The notes under the pieces are model-generated. The model was not told the origin of the DNA, did no database searches, and saw only the letters and a list, made by a program, of their open reading frames with translations. A stretch of DNA of 46,387 bases from Microthrixaceae bacterium (lineage in GTDB: Bacteria > Actinomycetota > Acidimicrobiia > Acidimicrobiales > Microtrichaceae): contig JAGQSZ010000002.1 of assembly GCA_020439285.1 (NCBI GenBank), positions 3,917 to 50,303 of the forward strand. Reading direction: 5' to 3'. Positions 1-8,942 of this stretch are shown here, piece by piece; the stretch's first letter is position 1, and each line of letters starts with the position of its first letter. The translations under genes were made by a program, and so were the position numbers.

Positions 1-910
1 CGACTATTCCATCATCAGGGATTGCGCCAGCGAGATGCAGCGCTGCTCGCGGTCCACTCAGTGGGACTGAGTTCGACTCGTAGAGTCCGGTGAGAACCGA
101 TGAAGACACGCTGTGGTGTTCGGGACGTTCGGGCAGGTTCCGGTTTGCGGTCCAGGTGCTGATCAGTGCGCCCAACTGCCGGGGTGGGACTTCTTGAACG
201 AGTTTGGAATCCGACCAGGCGGCAGGCATTTCATAGTCATCTAACCCGGTGGAGATGATCACATCAGCGTCGTTGAGCCCTGCGAGTTCCATGTCCCGAT
301 CTTGAAGTCCCACTGTCCCGAAGTTGAACGGACTGTCCCATCGTTCCGCTCCCCTGGCACCCCAAGTGTTGATGATTCCCCACCCACCTCGTCGTGCGAG
401 TTCTCTGAGCTCGGCAAGACGACCGGCCCGAATCACGCCTGGGCCTGCCACAATGACGATTCGGAGAGAGGCCATCGACGGGTCGAGGGTGACCACTGGG
501 GGCCGGTCGGGTGACCGCAGTGCTGAGTCAACCTCGAACCGTTCATCCAGATCGAGGTCCAGGACCAGCGCCGAAGTTCCGGGGATCTCAAGTCCGGGAG
601 GTTCGGCGAGAGCGTCGAATAGTTCCTCGGTCGTCGTGATCCGCTGTGGATTGGCTGTACCACCCGGGGCAGACGACAGATGCAGGATCGATCCCGACAA
701 CAACGCTGCGCCCAGTCGGCCACTCCCATCGCTATGGCCGATTCGTCCGTCAGCGTCGGCCAGCAACACGGCCAGATCGGGGTCAGGAACGGGGACGTGT
801 TTCAGTTCGCCGAGTGGCTCTCCATAGACACGCTGAACACCGAGTTGACGCAGGCGTGTTTCCAATGCAATGGCAACGGTGCCGGCCGATCCGTTGGCTG
901 GTCCACTCAT
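1..910 (-). CDS. Thiamine-diphosphate-enzyme-like protein (acetolactate-synthase-like fold); C-terminal part runs off the window
   Basis: Minus-strand frame is open from ATG (910-908) to position 1. It is absent from the ORF track because it has no in-window stop. My translation is MSGPANGSAGTVAIALETRLRQLGVQRVYGEPLG...RIVIVAGPGVIRAGRLAELRELARRGGWGIINTWGARG...ADVIISTGLDDYE, which resembles TPP-enzyme N-terminal and central domains. The ATG overlaps the upstream TGA (ATGA). Confidence 0.5.
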   Translation of the reverse strand, partial: MSGPANGSAGTVAIALETRLRQLGVQRVYGEPLGELKHVPVPDPDLAVLLADADGRIGHSDGSGRLGAALLSGSILHLSSAPGGTANPQRITTTEELFDALAEPPGLEIPGTSALVLDLDLDERFEVDSALRSPDRPPVVTLDPSMASLRIVIVAGPGVIRAGRLAELRELARRGGWGIINTWGARGAERWDSPFNFGTVGLQDRDMELAGLNDADVIISTGLDDYEMPAAWSDSKLVQEVPPRQLGALISTWTANRNLPERPEHHSVSSSVLTGLYESNSVPLSGPRAALHLAGAIPDDGIV

Positions 911-1761
911 GGCTGGAACTCATCGTCCTGGGTGAGCATGTCGAGTGCCATCTCGACCGCGCCAACCAACGACGGTTCGAGATCCGCGAAGCTGTTGACC
1001 GACGAGAGCACGCGTCTCCATCCATCTGCCGTGTTCGCCCAACCGAGGCGTCGACAGACTCCGCTCTTCCAGTCCTCACCAATTGGCACCTCTGGCCAGG
1101 CTTCGATTCCCAGTGCCTTCGGTCTGACGCACTGCCAGATGTCAACGAAGGGATGACCGACGATCATCACATTGGGGTCTGTCACCGCGTTCACTATCCG
1201 GGTCTCCTTGGATCCCGGAACAAGGTGATCGACCAGCACAGCAAGGCGACGCTGTGGCGACGGGGCGAAGCGTTGCACTTCACGTTCCAGATCGTCGATG
1301 CCTCCGAGTGGTTCCACAACGATGCCCAACTCGCGGAGTTCGTCTCCCCAGACTCGTTCCAAGAATCGTGCGTCATGGTCCCCTTCGACCCAGATGCGAG
1401 ACGCACGAGCAACCCTCGCTGACGCGTTCGAATCCACGAGAGCTCCAGCCGCGGTTCGGGTCAAAGAGGGCTCAGCCGAATCAGGACGTGCTACCCGCGC
1501 CAGAGTGACGGTCTCGCCATTGTGCGCGAACGCACCCGCGTGGTTCTCGAAGGTGTGCTCTCCACCCTTGGCGTCGATGATTACGACGATCTCGCCGGTG
1601 AACTTGCGGAGCTTGCCCCGGATCCCGCTTGATCGGTGGAGCAACGGCATTCCCGGTGTCGCTGTGACACTGCGGTATGACTCTGCCAGCCGTTTGGCGC
1701 CGGAGATTCCCCCTACGCTGCGATCCGCGAGGATGTCACCGTAGGGGTCATCTGTCGGCAT
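907..1761 (-). CDS. DUF3097-family conserved actinobacterial protein
   Basis: 284-aa ORF. The C-terminal half (ARVARASRIWVEGDHDARFLERVWGDELRELGIVVEPLGG...RRLAVLVDHLVPGSKE...VGHPFVDIWQCVRPKALGI) matches my memory of DUF3097. The family is recalled from memory, not searched. Confidence 0.6.
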   Translation of the reverse strand: MPTDDPYGDILADRSVGGISGAKRLAESYRSVTATPGMPLLHRSSGIRGKLRKFTGEIVVIIDAKGGEHTFENHAGAFAHNGETVTLARVARPDSAEPSLTRTAAGALVDSNASARVARASRIWVEGDHDARFLERVWGDELRELGIVVEPLGGIDDLEREVQRFAPSPQRRLAVLVDHLVPGSKETRIVNAVTDPNVMIVGHPFVDIWQCVRPKALGIEAWPEVPIGEDWKSGVCRRLGWANTADGWRRVLSSVNSFADLEPSLVGAVEMALDMLTQDDEFQP

Positions 1762-1804
1762 TGGTTACGAAGAGTCCTGCAGTCTGGGTGCGGGCGGGCC
1801 AGGC

Positions 1805-2719
1805 TCAGTAACGCAGCCCGGGAGCGCGGGTGAAGAAGACGTCGGTCGCGAGTTGCTGACCGAGCTTGGTTGCATCCCAGCGCTTCTGACCGTTGTTGAT
1901 CGTCGGTCCGTCAGCCCAGCTCTTCATCAAAATGATGTTCTCGGCAACGGCTCGGATGATCTGACCAGTCACGTGATCGGCTTCATCAGAAGCGAGCCAT
2001 GCAACCAGAGGAGACGACACCGATGGATCCATGCGGTTCCATTCGTCGTCGGGAATCTCGTCGGCCTCGATCACCGCTGGGGCCCCGGGCATCGTGCCGG
2101 TGATTCGGGTTGCAGCAGCAGGGCCGACAGCGTTGACGGTGACGCCCATCTTGTAGAGCTCGAGGCTGAGGGTCTGGGTGAGGCTCGCGATGGCTGCCTT
2201 GGCGGGGGCGTAGTTGGTCTGGCCGAAGTTGCCTGTCAGACCTGCTCCAGAAACAGTGTTGATGATGCGGCCGTTGACCTTCTCACCGGTCGACTTGTTG
2301 AGTTCACGCCAGTGGACTGCTGCGTGCTTGCAAGGAATCCAGGTCCCTCGCAGGTGGACCTTGAGCACCGCGTCGAAATCCTCGACCGACATGTTGAAGA
2401 TCGAGTTGTCACGGACGATCCCGGCGTTGTTGACCAGGATGTCGAGGCGACCGAACTCGCTGATCGCCTGGGCGACCATCTCACCAGCAGCGTCGTAGTC
2501 GGAGACGTCCGCGTAGTTCGATGCTGCTTCGCCGCCACGGTCCTTGATCAGGTTTACCGTCAGGTCGGCGTCGCGGCCGACACCCTCACCCTTGACCGAA
2601 CCGCCGAGATCATTGACGATGACCTTCGCTCCGTGCTTGGCGAGTTCTAGGGCGTGTCCCCGGCCAATGCCGTGTCCGGCTCCAGTGACGATCGCGACCT
2701 TGCCGTCGAGCATGCCCAT
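1805..2719 (-). CDS. SDR-family NAD(P)-dependent oxidoreductase
   Basis: Motifs TGAGHGIGRG, NNAG and YAPAK (YxxxK). I moved the start to ATG 2719 (MGMLDGK), which has GGAAGGA about 8 nt upstream. The ORF-track start at 2767 is probably an over-extension. Confidence 0.85.
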   Translation of the reverse strand: MGMLDGKVAIVTGAGHGIGRGHALELAKHGAKVIVNDLGGSVKGEGVGRDADLTVNLIKDRGGEAASNYADVSDYDAAGEMVAQAISEFGRLDILVNNAGIVRDNSIFNMSVEDFDAVLKVHLRGTWIPCKHAAVHWRELNKSTGEKVNGRIINTVSGAGLTGNFGQTNYAPAKAAIASLTQTLSLELYKMGVTVNAVGPAAATRITGTMPGAPAVIEADEIPDDEWNRMDPSVSSPLVAWLASDEADHVTGQIIRAVAENIILMKSWADGPTINNGQKRWDATKLGQQLATDVFFTRAPGLRY

Positions 2720-2767
2720 GTGTTCGTTCCTTCCGAAGGTGGGGCACAGACCGGATTGTCTGCGCAC

Positions 2768-2800
2768 ATCTAGAATCTGACGAGTCGTCAGATTCTAGAT
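2768..2800. promoter_or_regulatory. Perfect 15-bp inverted repeat with 3-nt spacer (candidate operator or hairpin)
   Basis: ATCTAGAATCTGACG-AGT-CGTCAGATTCTAGAT. It lies 49 nt upstream of the SDR start (2719) and 25 nt downstream of the aquaporin stop (2825). Confidence 0.6.
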
Positions 2801-2824
2801 GGCGACAGTCGAACGAACGAAACC

Positions 2825-3628
2825 TCAGGCGTTCTCGGCCTGGGCCTCTTCCTCACCGGTCTGGAACTCGTCGCCACCTGTGGCGAGCTTCCACACGATC
2901 GCACCGAGCGCTCCACCGATAACCGGGGCGACGATGAACAGCCACAGTTGTCCCAGTGCGGTACCGCCTTCGAAGAGAGCCGGGCCGAGTGAACGAGCCG
3001 GATTGACGCTGGTGTTGGTGATCGGGATGGCGATGAGGTGGATGAGGGTCAGCATCAGACCGATTCCGATTGCTGCTTGGGCCTTGGCAGCAGCCTTGGT
3101 GGTGACACCGAGGATGACGATCACGAACATTCCGGTGAGCACGATTTCGGCGATCGCAGCACCTGGCAGGTCATAGAACATCCGACCGTTGTTCTGACCG
3201 AAAGCGTTGGAGGCGAACGCACCCTGGGTACGTTCGAAGCCACCGGGGCGTGAACTCTGAATTGCCCACAGGACAGCAACAGCGGTGATCGAGCCGGCGC
3301 ACTGTGCGGCGACATAGGCGGGCAGGTCTTTCCAGTCGAAGCGACCCGCGGTGGCGAGCCCAACGGAGACTGCCGGGTTGAAGTGACCGCCTGATACGTG
3401 ACCGAACGCATAGGCGCCGCACATGACGGTAAGACCGAAAGCCAACGCCACTCCGAGATACCCGATCCCGAGGTCCGTGATCGTCGCTATGCCAATGTCT
3501 ATGCCGCCAATTCCGACGTTGCCCTTGACGGGCGAGATCGCCTTGGCAGCGAAAATCGCCGAGCCGCAACCACCCAGTACCAACAGAAAAGTCCCGAGGA
3601 ACTCTGCTCCAAGCTTCCTTGCCAACAC
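2825..3628 (-). CDS. aqpZ: Aquaporin Z / MIP-family water channel
   Basis: Two NPA boxes (HFNPAVS, NPARSLGP) and six hydrophobic segments. GTG start with GAAGGGAG 7-8 nt upstream. Confidence 0.9.
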   Translation of the reverse strand: MLARKLGAEFLGTFLLVLGGCGSAIFAAKAISPVKGNVGIGGIDIGIATITDLGIGYLGVALAFGLTVMCGAYAFGHVSGGHFNPAVSVGLATAGRFDWKDLPAYVAAQCAGSITAVAVLWAIQSSRPGGFERTQGAFASNAFGQNNGRMFYDLPGAAIAEIVLTGMFVIVILGVTTKAAAKAQAAIGIGLMLTLIHLIAIPITNTSVNPARSLGPALFEGGTALGQLWLFIVAPVIGGALGAIVWKLATGGDEFQTGEEEAQAENA

Positions 3629-3733
3629 GGTGGTCTCCCTTCGTGCACACGACCAACGCGATCGGCGCCTGCGGAGATCGTAGGCGGCACCGAGTCCAAG
3701 GCGGTGGAGGCTAGACGTGCGATGGGCCCTCGA

Positions 3734-5308
3734 TCAGCCCAAGTGAGTGGAGCCCTTGAACTCATCGAGCAAGAGGTCCTTGCGGATCTTGCCTGACTGA
3801 TTCCGTGGGATCAGGTCAACGATCTCGACCTGTTCTGGAAGCTTTCGCTTGATGACTCCGCGTTCAACAAGGTACGCGACGATCTCATCGAAGCGTGGAG
3901 GTCGAGCAATATCGCGTGCTTGTATCACAGCGCAGACCCGCTCACCGGAGTCGGGATCGGGTAGACCGATCACGGCAACGTCTGCAACATCGTCGAACTC
4001 AGCCAGAAGGTCTTCGAGTTCTTTGGCAGAGATGTTCTCGCCTTTACGGATGATGACGTCCTTCAGTCGACCGGTGATGACAACATTGCCCCGCTCGTCG
4101 ATTCGACCCAGGTCCCCGGTGCGGAAGAACCCGTCGTCATCGATCGCTTCGAGATCGTCGCTCGGGTTCAGGTAACCCAGCATCATCTGGGGTGCCCGTA
4201 TCCGGAGTTCCCCTTCAGCCCCGGGTGCCACTATCCGACCCGCTGCGTCGGTGACACGAATCTCCACTCCGAGTTGGGGGCGACCTTCGGTGTGGGCGAG
4301 ATCCGAATCTGTGTCGCTCAGGTCAGCCATCGTGACGATCGGGGCTTCGGTCAGGCCGTAGCCGCTCATGATCGGGGCATCGAACAGCGCTCTCACCTCA
4401 TCGAACAGAGCTGGAGACTTGGGTGCCCCGCCGCCCGGAAACGCCCGCACGTCCGGGAAGATCGGGTGAAGCGAACGACGTTGTTCGGCGACATAGCTCT
4501 GGTGGAACACAGTCCCCGACCCTGCCAGGGTCACACCTTCGCGAGACAACACTTCGACCGTCTCAGCTGGGTTGAAGCTCTCGGTCAGGATATTGGCGCA
4601 ACCCGATTGCAGACTTGCGAATAGCCAGACCATCCCACCGATGTGCGTGATTGGAAACACGAGCGAGTTCCTGTCACGGGCGATCAGTCCGAGTCTGGTC
4701 GACATCCCACGTGCGGCCGCGGCCAGAGTGCGATCGCTGTGGAGGACTCCCTTGGGCCCCGAAGTTGTCCCAGATGTGTAGAAGATCCACGCCGCTTCTT
4801 CCCGAGCCTCGACACCACCGACGTCAGCAGCATCTACCCCAAACGGATCAGGCAGATCGACCAGGCACTTGGTATCCCCTTGGGGTAGCGCACGATTGGT
4901 GACCAAGAGACGGAGTCCAACGTTCTCGGTCGCTACCCGGGTCGCGATTTCCTCGTAGTCGACACCGTTCCATTCGCCGGGAACTACCAGTAGCGACGAT
5001 CCGGCCAGCGAGGTCATCTGTATCAGATCGCGTTCGCCGTAGATCGGAAGAATTGGGTTCTGAATCGCACCGACTCGGCGAAGCGCCGCTGTGAGGATCA
5101 TCGACTCGATCCACGTCGGGAGCTGCCAACTGACCACATCACCAGCGCTGATTCCGGCGCCTATGAGTCCCGCTGCGGCGAGTTCGGCTTCATTCCAGAA
5201 CTCGGCGAACGTGAGCACACGCATGTCCTCATCGACTGCCATGAGTGCGTCGGGAGTCCTATCAACCCGCTTCTCCAAGAGGTCCCACAGGGACTCACCG
5301 TGCAACAT
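3734..5308 (-). CDS. Acyl-CoA synthetase / AMP-dependent ligase (class I adenylate-forming enzyme)
   Basis: Motifs YTSGTTSGPKGV, GYGLTE, FRTGDLG and a C-terminal SGKIRK. ATG start preceded by AAGGGGGG. Confidence 0.9.
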   Translation of the reverse strand: MLHGESLWDLLEKRVDRTPDALMAVDEDMRVLTFAEFWNEAELAAAGLIGAGISAGDVVSWQLPTWIESMILTAALRRVGAIQNPILPIYGERDLIQMTSLAGSSLLVVPGEWNGVDYEEIATRVATENVGLRLLVTNRALPQGDTKCLVDLPDPFGVDAADVGGVEAREEAAWIFYTSGTTSGPKGVLHSDRTLAAAARGMSTRLGLIARDRNSLVFPITHIGGMVWLFASLQSGCANILTESFNPAETVEVLSREGVTLAGSGTVFHQSYVAEQRRSLHPIFPDVRAFPGGGAPKSPALFDEVRALFDAPIMSGYGLTEAPIVTMADLSDTDSDLAHTEGRPQLGVEIRVTDAAGRIVAPGAEGELRIRAPQMMLGYLNPSDDLEAIDDDGFFRTGDLGRIDERGNVVITGRLKDVIIRKGENISAKELEDLLAEFDDVADVAVIGLPDPDSGERVCAVIQARDIARPPRFDEIVAYLVERGVIKRKLPEQVEIVDLIPRNQSGKIRKDLLLDEFKGSTHLG

Positions 5309-5345
5309 CTGATCAGCCCCCCTTATCCACCTGAGCGAACGGTCA

Positions 5346-5363
5346 TAGTAAGCCTAATTACTA
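5346..5363. promoter_or_regulatory. AT-rich palindrome upstream of the acyl-CoA synthetase gene
   Basis: TAGTAA-GCCTAA-TTACTA. It is an AT-rich patch in GC-rich DNA, 38 nt upstream of ATG 5308. Confidence 0.3.
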
Positions 5364-5402
5364 GCCGCGGGTGGCGCGCTCGAGATTGATGCTGCCGTGT
5401 GA

Positions 5403-6110
5403 TCAGCTACCCGAAAGCGACTTGAGATCGATCCGCGGCAACTTGGTTCCGACGGAAGCTACTTCCACGCCCCGTGTGCCCACAGGCCGCTTCAAGGGGA
5501 CAATGAGCACACGCGGTTCGGCCGTCGGGTTACATCCAAGAGCATCGATGGGGACCAGCACTACAGCTGAGACCATGATCGATGTGTCTGACTCAGTGAC
5601 GCTCACTTGGGCGAGTTGCTCACGTGTCGTCTGCGCACAGTCGATCGTGATTGCCAAGAGCGAGCCGTCCCCAGACGCAGCGGCGCGCAAAGGCGGCACA
5701 ACAGCTAGCGGCGACGAACCCAGCTCCTTTGGGTCGATCTGAAACGCAAGCGACAGGGAGTCCCCGGTCACCAGAACTTTGGACGTTCCCTCTGGTGCCG
5801 CATCTCCATTGGGCAATGTCGAAGGAGGACTAGACGCTGGGGCTTCAGTAGTGGTCGTCGATGACTCTGATGAGTCAGCAGTCCCGAGTCCCGAAGGGCC
5901 CTGACTGACCGACGTCGTTGTCACCGAACCATGCTCCGGGACAACGTCCGAAGCTGTCTTGGTTGATCTGGTATCACCGCTGGGGGTACCGAAAATCAGC
6001 AGCGCAGCTAGTCCAACAACGGCGAGCGCGACGAATGCAGCTATGAACACCCAGATGCTTTGGCCCTGGCCCTCGTCGTGTGTGGAGTTGCGTGCGGATC
6101 CCGCGTTCAC
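5403..6110 (-). CDS. Hypothetical membrane-anchored protein with Ser/Thr/Pro-rich linker
   Basis: 235-aa ORF with a GTG start. It has one N-terminal TM segment (IWVFIAAFVALAVVGLAALLIF), an S/T/P-rich stretch, and then a ~120-aa domain with two Cys. I recognise no family. Confidence 0.55.
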   Translation of the reverse strand: MNAGSARNSTHDEGQGQSIWVFIAAFVALAVVGLAALLIFGTPSGDTRSTKTASDVVPEHGSVTTTSVSQGPSGLGTADSSESSTTTTEAPASSPPSTLPNGDAAPEGTSKVLVTGDSLSLAFQIDPKELGSSPLAVVPPLRAAASGDGSLLAITIDCAQTTREQLAQVSVTESDTSIMVSAVVLVPIDALGCNPTAEPRVLIVPLKRPVGTRGVEVASVGTKLPRIDLKSLSGS

Positions 6111-6188
6111 GAGGTTGGATCTTAGGAATCTGGGACTATCTGCCCAGAACCGGCTCCTGAGAATCTGATGACTACTACGGGTCGACGA

Positions 6189-7145
6189 TCAGAGAATCGC
6201 CATAGGTGCAACCGGTGTTGACGTTGCACCCTTAAGCGGCTCGGGATTCGCGACCAGCAAGAAGTCCCACTGACCGTGATCGGCGCAGGCTACAGCCAGG
6301 TCCTCAAGGTCCCAGTTCTGACCTTGGATCAAACCCATGTCCCGGATCTGGAGCATGTGGACAATAAGGGTGTCTGACCAGTCCGCCTGCGTGGGCGGGA
6401 ACGCTTCGTAGGCATAGCTGTCCACGAATGCGCCGGCAACATCGTTGTCGTGCATCCACTCGATTGAATAGGCAGACAGACCTGGAAGTTGATAGTTGAC
6501 TCCCAGCGCATAGCGATTGCGGTCCCCTGCTCTGTAGTGGCGCATCTCGCCAGTTCGGACCAGGACCACATCACCCGACTGGATATCGACCTTGGCCATC
6601 TCCGCTGCAGCATCGAGGTCTTCGCCAGTGATCGAGTAACCGGGTTCCACCTCATCGAGCCCGGCAACGCCCTTCAGTAGGGGCAGGTCCAACAGGACTC
6701 CGCGGGTTGTGATCTGTGGGAGCTTCTCTGCACCGAGCTTGGTCGCTCCACTGTTGGCAGAGATCGTGTCCGACGGGATCCCGTTGTAGAAGTAGCCCTC
6801 GTATGCAACGTGGCTGAGCGCATCTACGTGGGTGCCTGCACATGTCGACATGGTCAACAGGTCATCGCTACCCGCCCAGATTCCCGGAGCGAAGGTGTCG
6901 CGTTCATTCATCGACGTGAACGTGATGATCGGGTTGAGGCGCTTGGCCGGCTGACCGATCTGGATACCGTCGAGTTTCAACTCGACAGTCAGATCGACGG
7001 TGTGACCGGAACGCGCTGCTTCGACACCACGCCGAGTTGCTTCGGCAGTCAACAAGTTGCCACAGCCCAATTCGTCATCGTCGCCCCAACGTCCCCAGTT
7101 GGAGACTTTCTGAGCGAGTTCGACCAGGTGGTCGGGAAGACCCAT
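6189..7145 (-). CDS. Cyclase-family protein (kynurenine-formamidase-like fold)
   Basis: CAGTHVDALSHV resembles the HxGTHxDxPxH cyclase motif. I set the start at ATG 7145 (MGLPDH), which has GAAGGAG 8 nt upstream. The ORF-track N-terminal 95 aa overlap the ADH gene and look non-coding. Confidence 0.75.
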   Translation of the reverse strand: MGLPDHLVELAQKVSNWGRWGDDDELGCGNLLTAEATRRGVEAARSGHTVDLTVELKLDGIQIGQPAKRLNPIITFTSMNERDTFAPGIWAGSDDLLTMSTCAGTHVDALSHVAYEGYFYNGIPSDTISANSGATKLGAEKLPQITTRGVLLDLPLLKGVAGLDEVEPGYSITGEDLDAAAEMAKVDIQSGDVVLVRTGEMRHYRAGDRNRYALGVNYQLPGLSAYSIEWMHDNDVAGAFVDSYAYEAFPPTQADWSDTLIVHMLQIRDMGLIQGQNWDLEDLAVACADHGQWDFLLVANPEPLKGATSTPVAPMAIL

Positions 7146-7158
7146 CCTCGATGCTCCT

Positions 7159-8244
7159 TCAGCCAAGTGTGAGCACGCCGCGGGCGAGTTTGCCCTCGTG
7201 CAACTCGTCGAGCGCCTTGTTGAACTCCTCGAGCGGGTAGGTCTGGGAGACGAGTTCGTCGAGCTTGAGTCGACCTGCTTGGTAGAGACGCACCATGAGC
7301 GGAATGTCGTACTGGGGCCGCGCCGAGCCGTAACGACAACCCATGATCGTCTTGTCGTTGTACATGTTGGCAACCACGAAGCTGGCCTCGGCGCCCATCT
7401 TGGGAACGCCCAACATGACAACAGTTCCACCCCAGTCGAGAAGTTCGGTGGAGGTCTTTATCAGTGCGGTCGAACCCACGCACTCGAATACGTAGTCGAC
7501 ACCATTCGGGCAGATTTCCTTGACAGCCTCGACCAAGTCGAAGTCGGGTCCGTCAGGGCAGATGAAGTGAGTGGCGCCGAACGCCTTGGCGTATGACTCC
7601 TTGGCGGGATTGGTGTCGACTGCGATTATCGGAAGCGCATCGGATAGCGCCGCCCCCTGGATCGCGTTCAGGCCGATGCCACCAACTCCGATCACAACCA
7701 CGGATTCGCCGTGTGCAACCTTTGCGCGGTTGATTACTGCGCCGACACCGGTCAACACGCCACAACCGATCAGTGAAGCAGCAGGCAGCGGAATCTCGTC
7801 TGGGATCTTCACCGCTTGAGTGGCCTTGACGACCGTCTCCTCGCTGAACACCCCGAGGTTCGCGAACTGGAACACCTTCTTGGTGTCCTCGCCGGTACCA
7901 CATGTGAAGGGTCGTGAAAGCTTGCCGAGCGACTCACGACAGAACGTCGGCTTGCCACGGTCACACTGCGCGCAATGGCCGCAGTTGCCCAGAGTCGACA
8001 ACACGACGTGGTCCCCCACCGCGACGTTGGTTACGCCTGAACCGACCTCTGTGACGATGCCCGCTCCCTCATGGCCGAGCACGACCGGGGGCGGGAACTG
8101 AATCGTGCCGTTCAGGACCGAGACATCGCTGTGGCACAAACCAGCGGCTTCGATCTTGACTCTGACCTCTCCGGGTCGTGTGTCTCTCAGTTGCAGGTCT
8201 GTTGCAACGCTTGCCTCTTTGCCGTCCCAGACAATGCCCTTCAT
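7159..8244 (-). CDS. Zn-dependent alcohol dehydrogenase (MDR family, class III-like)
   Basis: GLCHSD and GHEGAG catalytic-Zn ligands, CGHCAQCDRGKPTFC structural-Zn loop, and VIGVGGIGLN Rossmann motif. Start chosen at ATG 8244 (MKGIV) with GAAGGG upstream; ATG 8280 is an alternative. Confidence 0.85.
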   Translation of the reverse strand: MKGIVWDGKEASVATDLQLRDTRPGEVRVKIEAAGLCHSDVSVLNGTIQFPPPVVLGHEGAGIVTEVGSGVTNVAVGDHVVLSTLGNCGHCAQCDRGKPTFCRESLGKLSRPFTCGTGEDTKKVFQFANLGVFSEETVVKATQAVKIPDEIPLPAASLIGCGVLTGVGAVINRAKVAHGESVVVIGVGGIGLNAIQGAALSDALPIIAVDTNPAKESYAKAFGATHFICPDGPDFDLVEAVKEICPNGVDYVFECVGSTALIKTSTELLDWGGTVVMLGVPKMGAEASFVVANMYNDKTIMGCRYGSARPQYDIPLMVRLYQAGRLKLDELVSQTYPLEEFNKALDELHEGKLARGVLTLG

Positions 8245-8388
8245 ATTCGACCCTTCGTGTTCGTGTTGATCGGTGGTCATCGCCGATCAGGCTGCGGCGT
8301 CGATCGAAGCTGATCATCGATCGAACTGAAGGCCTACCGTAGCCGCGCCCTATGGCGACTCTCGCAGGGATCGTTCAGTCCTTTGAAC

Positions 8389-8850
8389 TCAGTCGTTTGA
8401 CATGACCCAGCGGTAGCGGGTCCAGCCGTCGACTGGTTTTGCTCCGAGCGACTCGTAGAACTCGATGGAGGGTTCGTTCCAATCCAGGACCATCCACTCG
8501 ACCCGACCGTCTGTCATCGTTCGAAGCTTCTCGATCAAGGCCTTGCCGTAGCCGCGGCCCCGGAATTCGGGACGGACGAATAGATCCTCGAGCCAGATCC
8601 CAGGTTGTGCGAGAAAGGTGGAGAATGTGGTGAACCACCGAGCCATACCGGCAATCTCGCCCTCTGGCGATTCGACCATCAGGACGTGTGCTGCTGGGTT
8701 CGGGCTGAATAGATGCTGACGGATCAGTTCCGGGGTCGCCTCTGCCTCGTGCGAGAGTTTTTCGTAGTCGGCGAGTTCAGCGATCAGTGCGACGATCTCG
8801 TGGGCGTCGTCCTCGTTCGCGTCTCTGATAGTGCCGTCGATTCTGTCCAT
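8389..8850 (-). CDS. GNAT-family N-acetyltransferase (diamine/SSAT-like)
   Basis: 153 aa. RGRGYGKAL acetyl-CoA binding motif and typical GNAT length. Confidence 0.85.
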   Translation of the reverse strand: MDRIDGTIRDANEDDAHEIVALIAELADYEKLSHEAEATPELIRQHLFSPNPAAHVLMVESPEGEIAGMARWFTTFSTFLAQPGIWLEDLFVRPEFRGRGYGKALIEKLRTMTDGRVEWMVLDWNEPSIEFYESLGAKPVDGWTRYRWVMSND

Positions 8851-8887
8851 CTGTTGGTTTCTAGTCGCGCGCCAAGGCCTGAGCAGA

Positions 8888-8918
8888 GGGCTAGCGGCCG
8901 CCCCGTCACCGCTAGCCC
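8888..8918 (-). terminator. Stem-loop downstream of the TetR/metal-hydrolase operon
   Basis: GGGCTAGCGG-(11 nt)-CCGCTAGCCC, a perfect 10-bp GC-rich stem 25 nt after the 8943 stop. There is no U-tract. Confidence 0.45.
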
Positions 8919-8942
8919 GTCCCCCAGCTACGTGAGATCAGA

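Noticed and set aside
6189-7430. N-terminally extended ORF-track versions of real genes: 6189-7430, 12823-14172, 17996-18982, 1805-2767, 30188-30751, 31851-33314 and 11173-12462.
   Set aside because: The extensions overlap neighbouring genes, have non-protein-like composition, and an internal start with an SD-like sequence or stop/start coupling fits better.
8301-8323. CGATCGA-(9 nt)-TCGATCG stem-loop between the GNAT stop and the ADH start.
   Set aside because: It is a 7-bp stem made of a self-complementary CGATCG-type sequence that is common in GC-rich DNA, and it has no U-tract. This is too weak to call a terminator.
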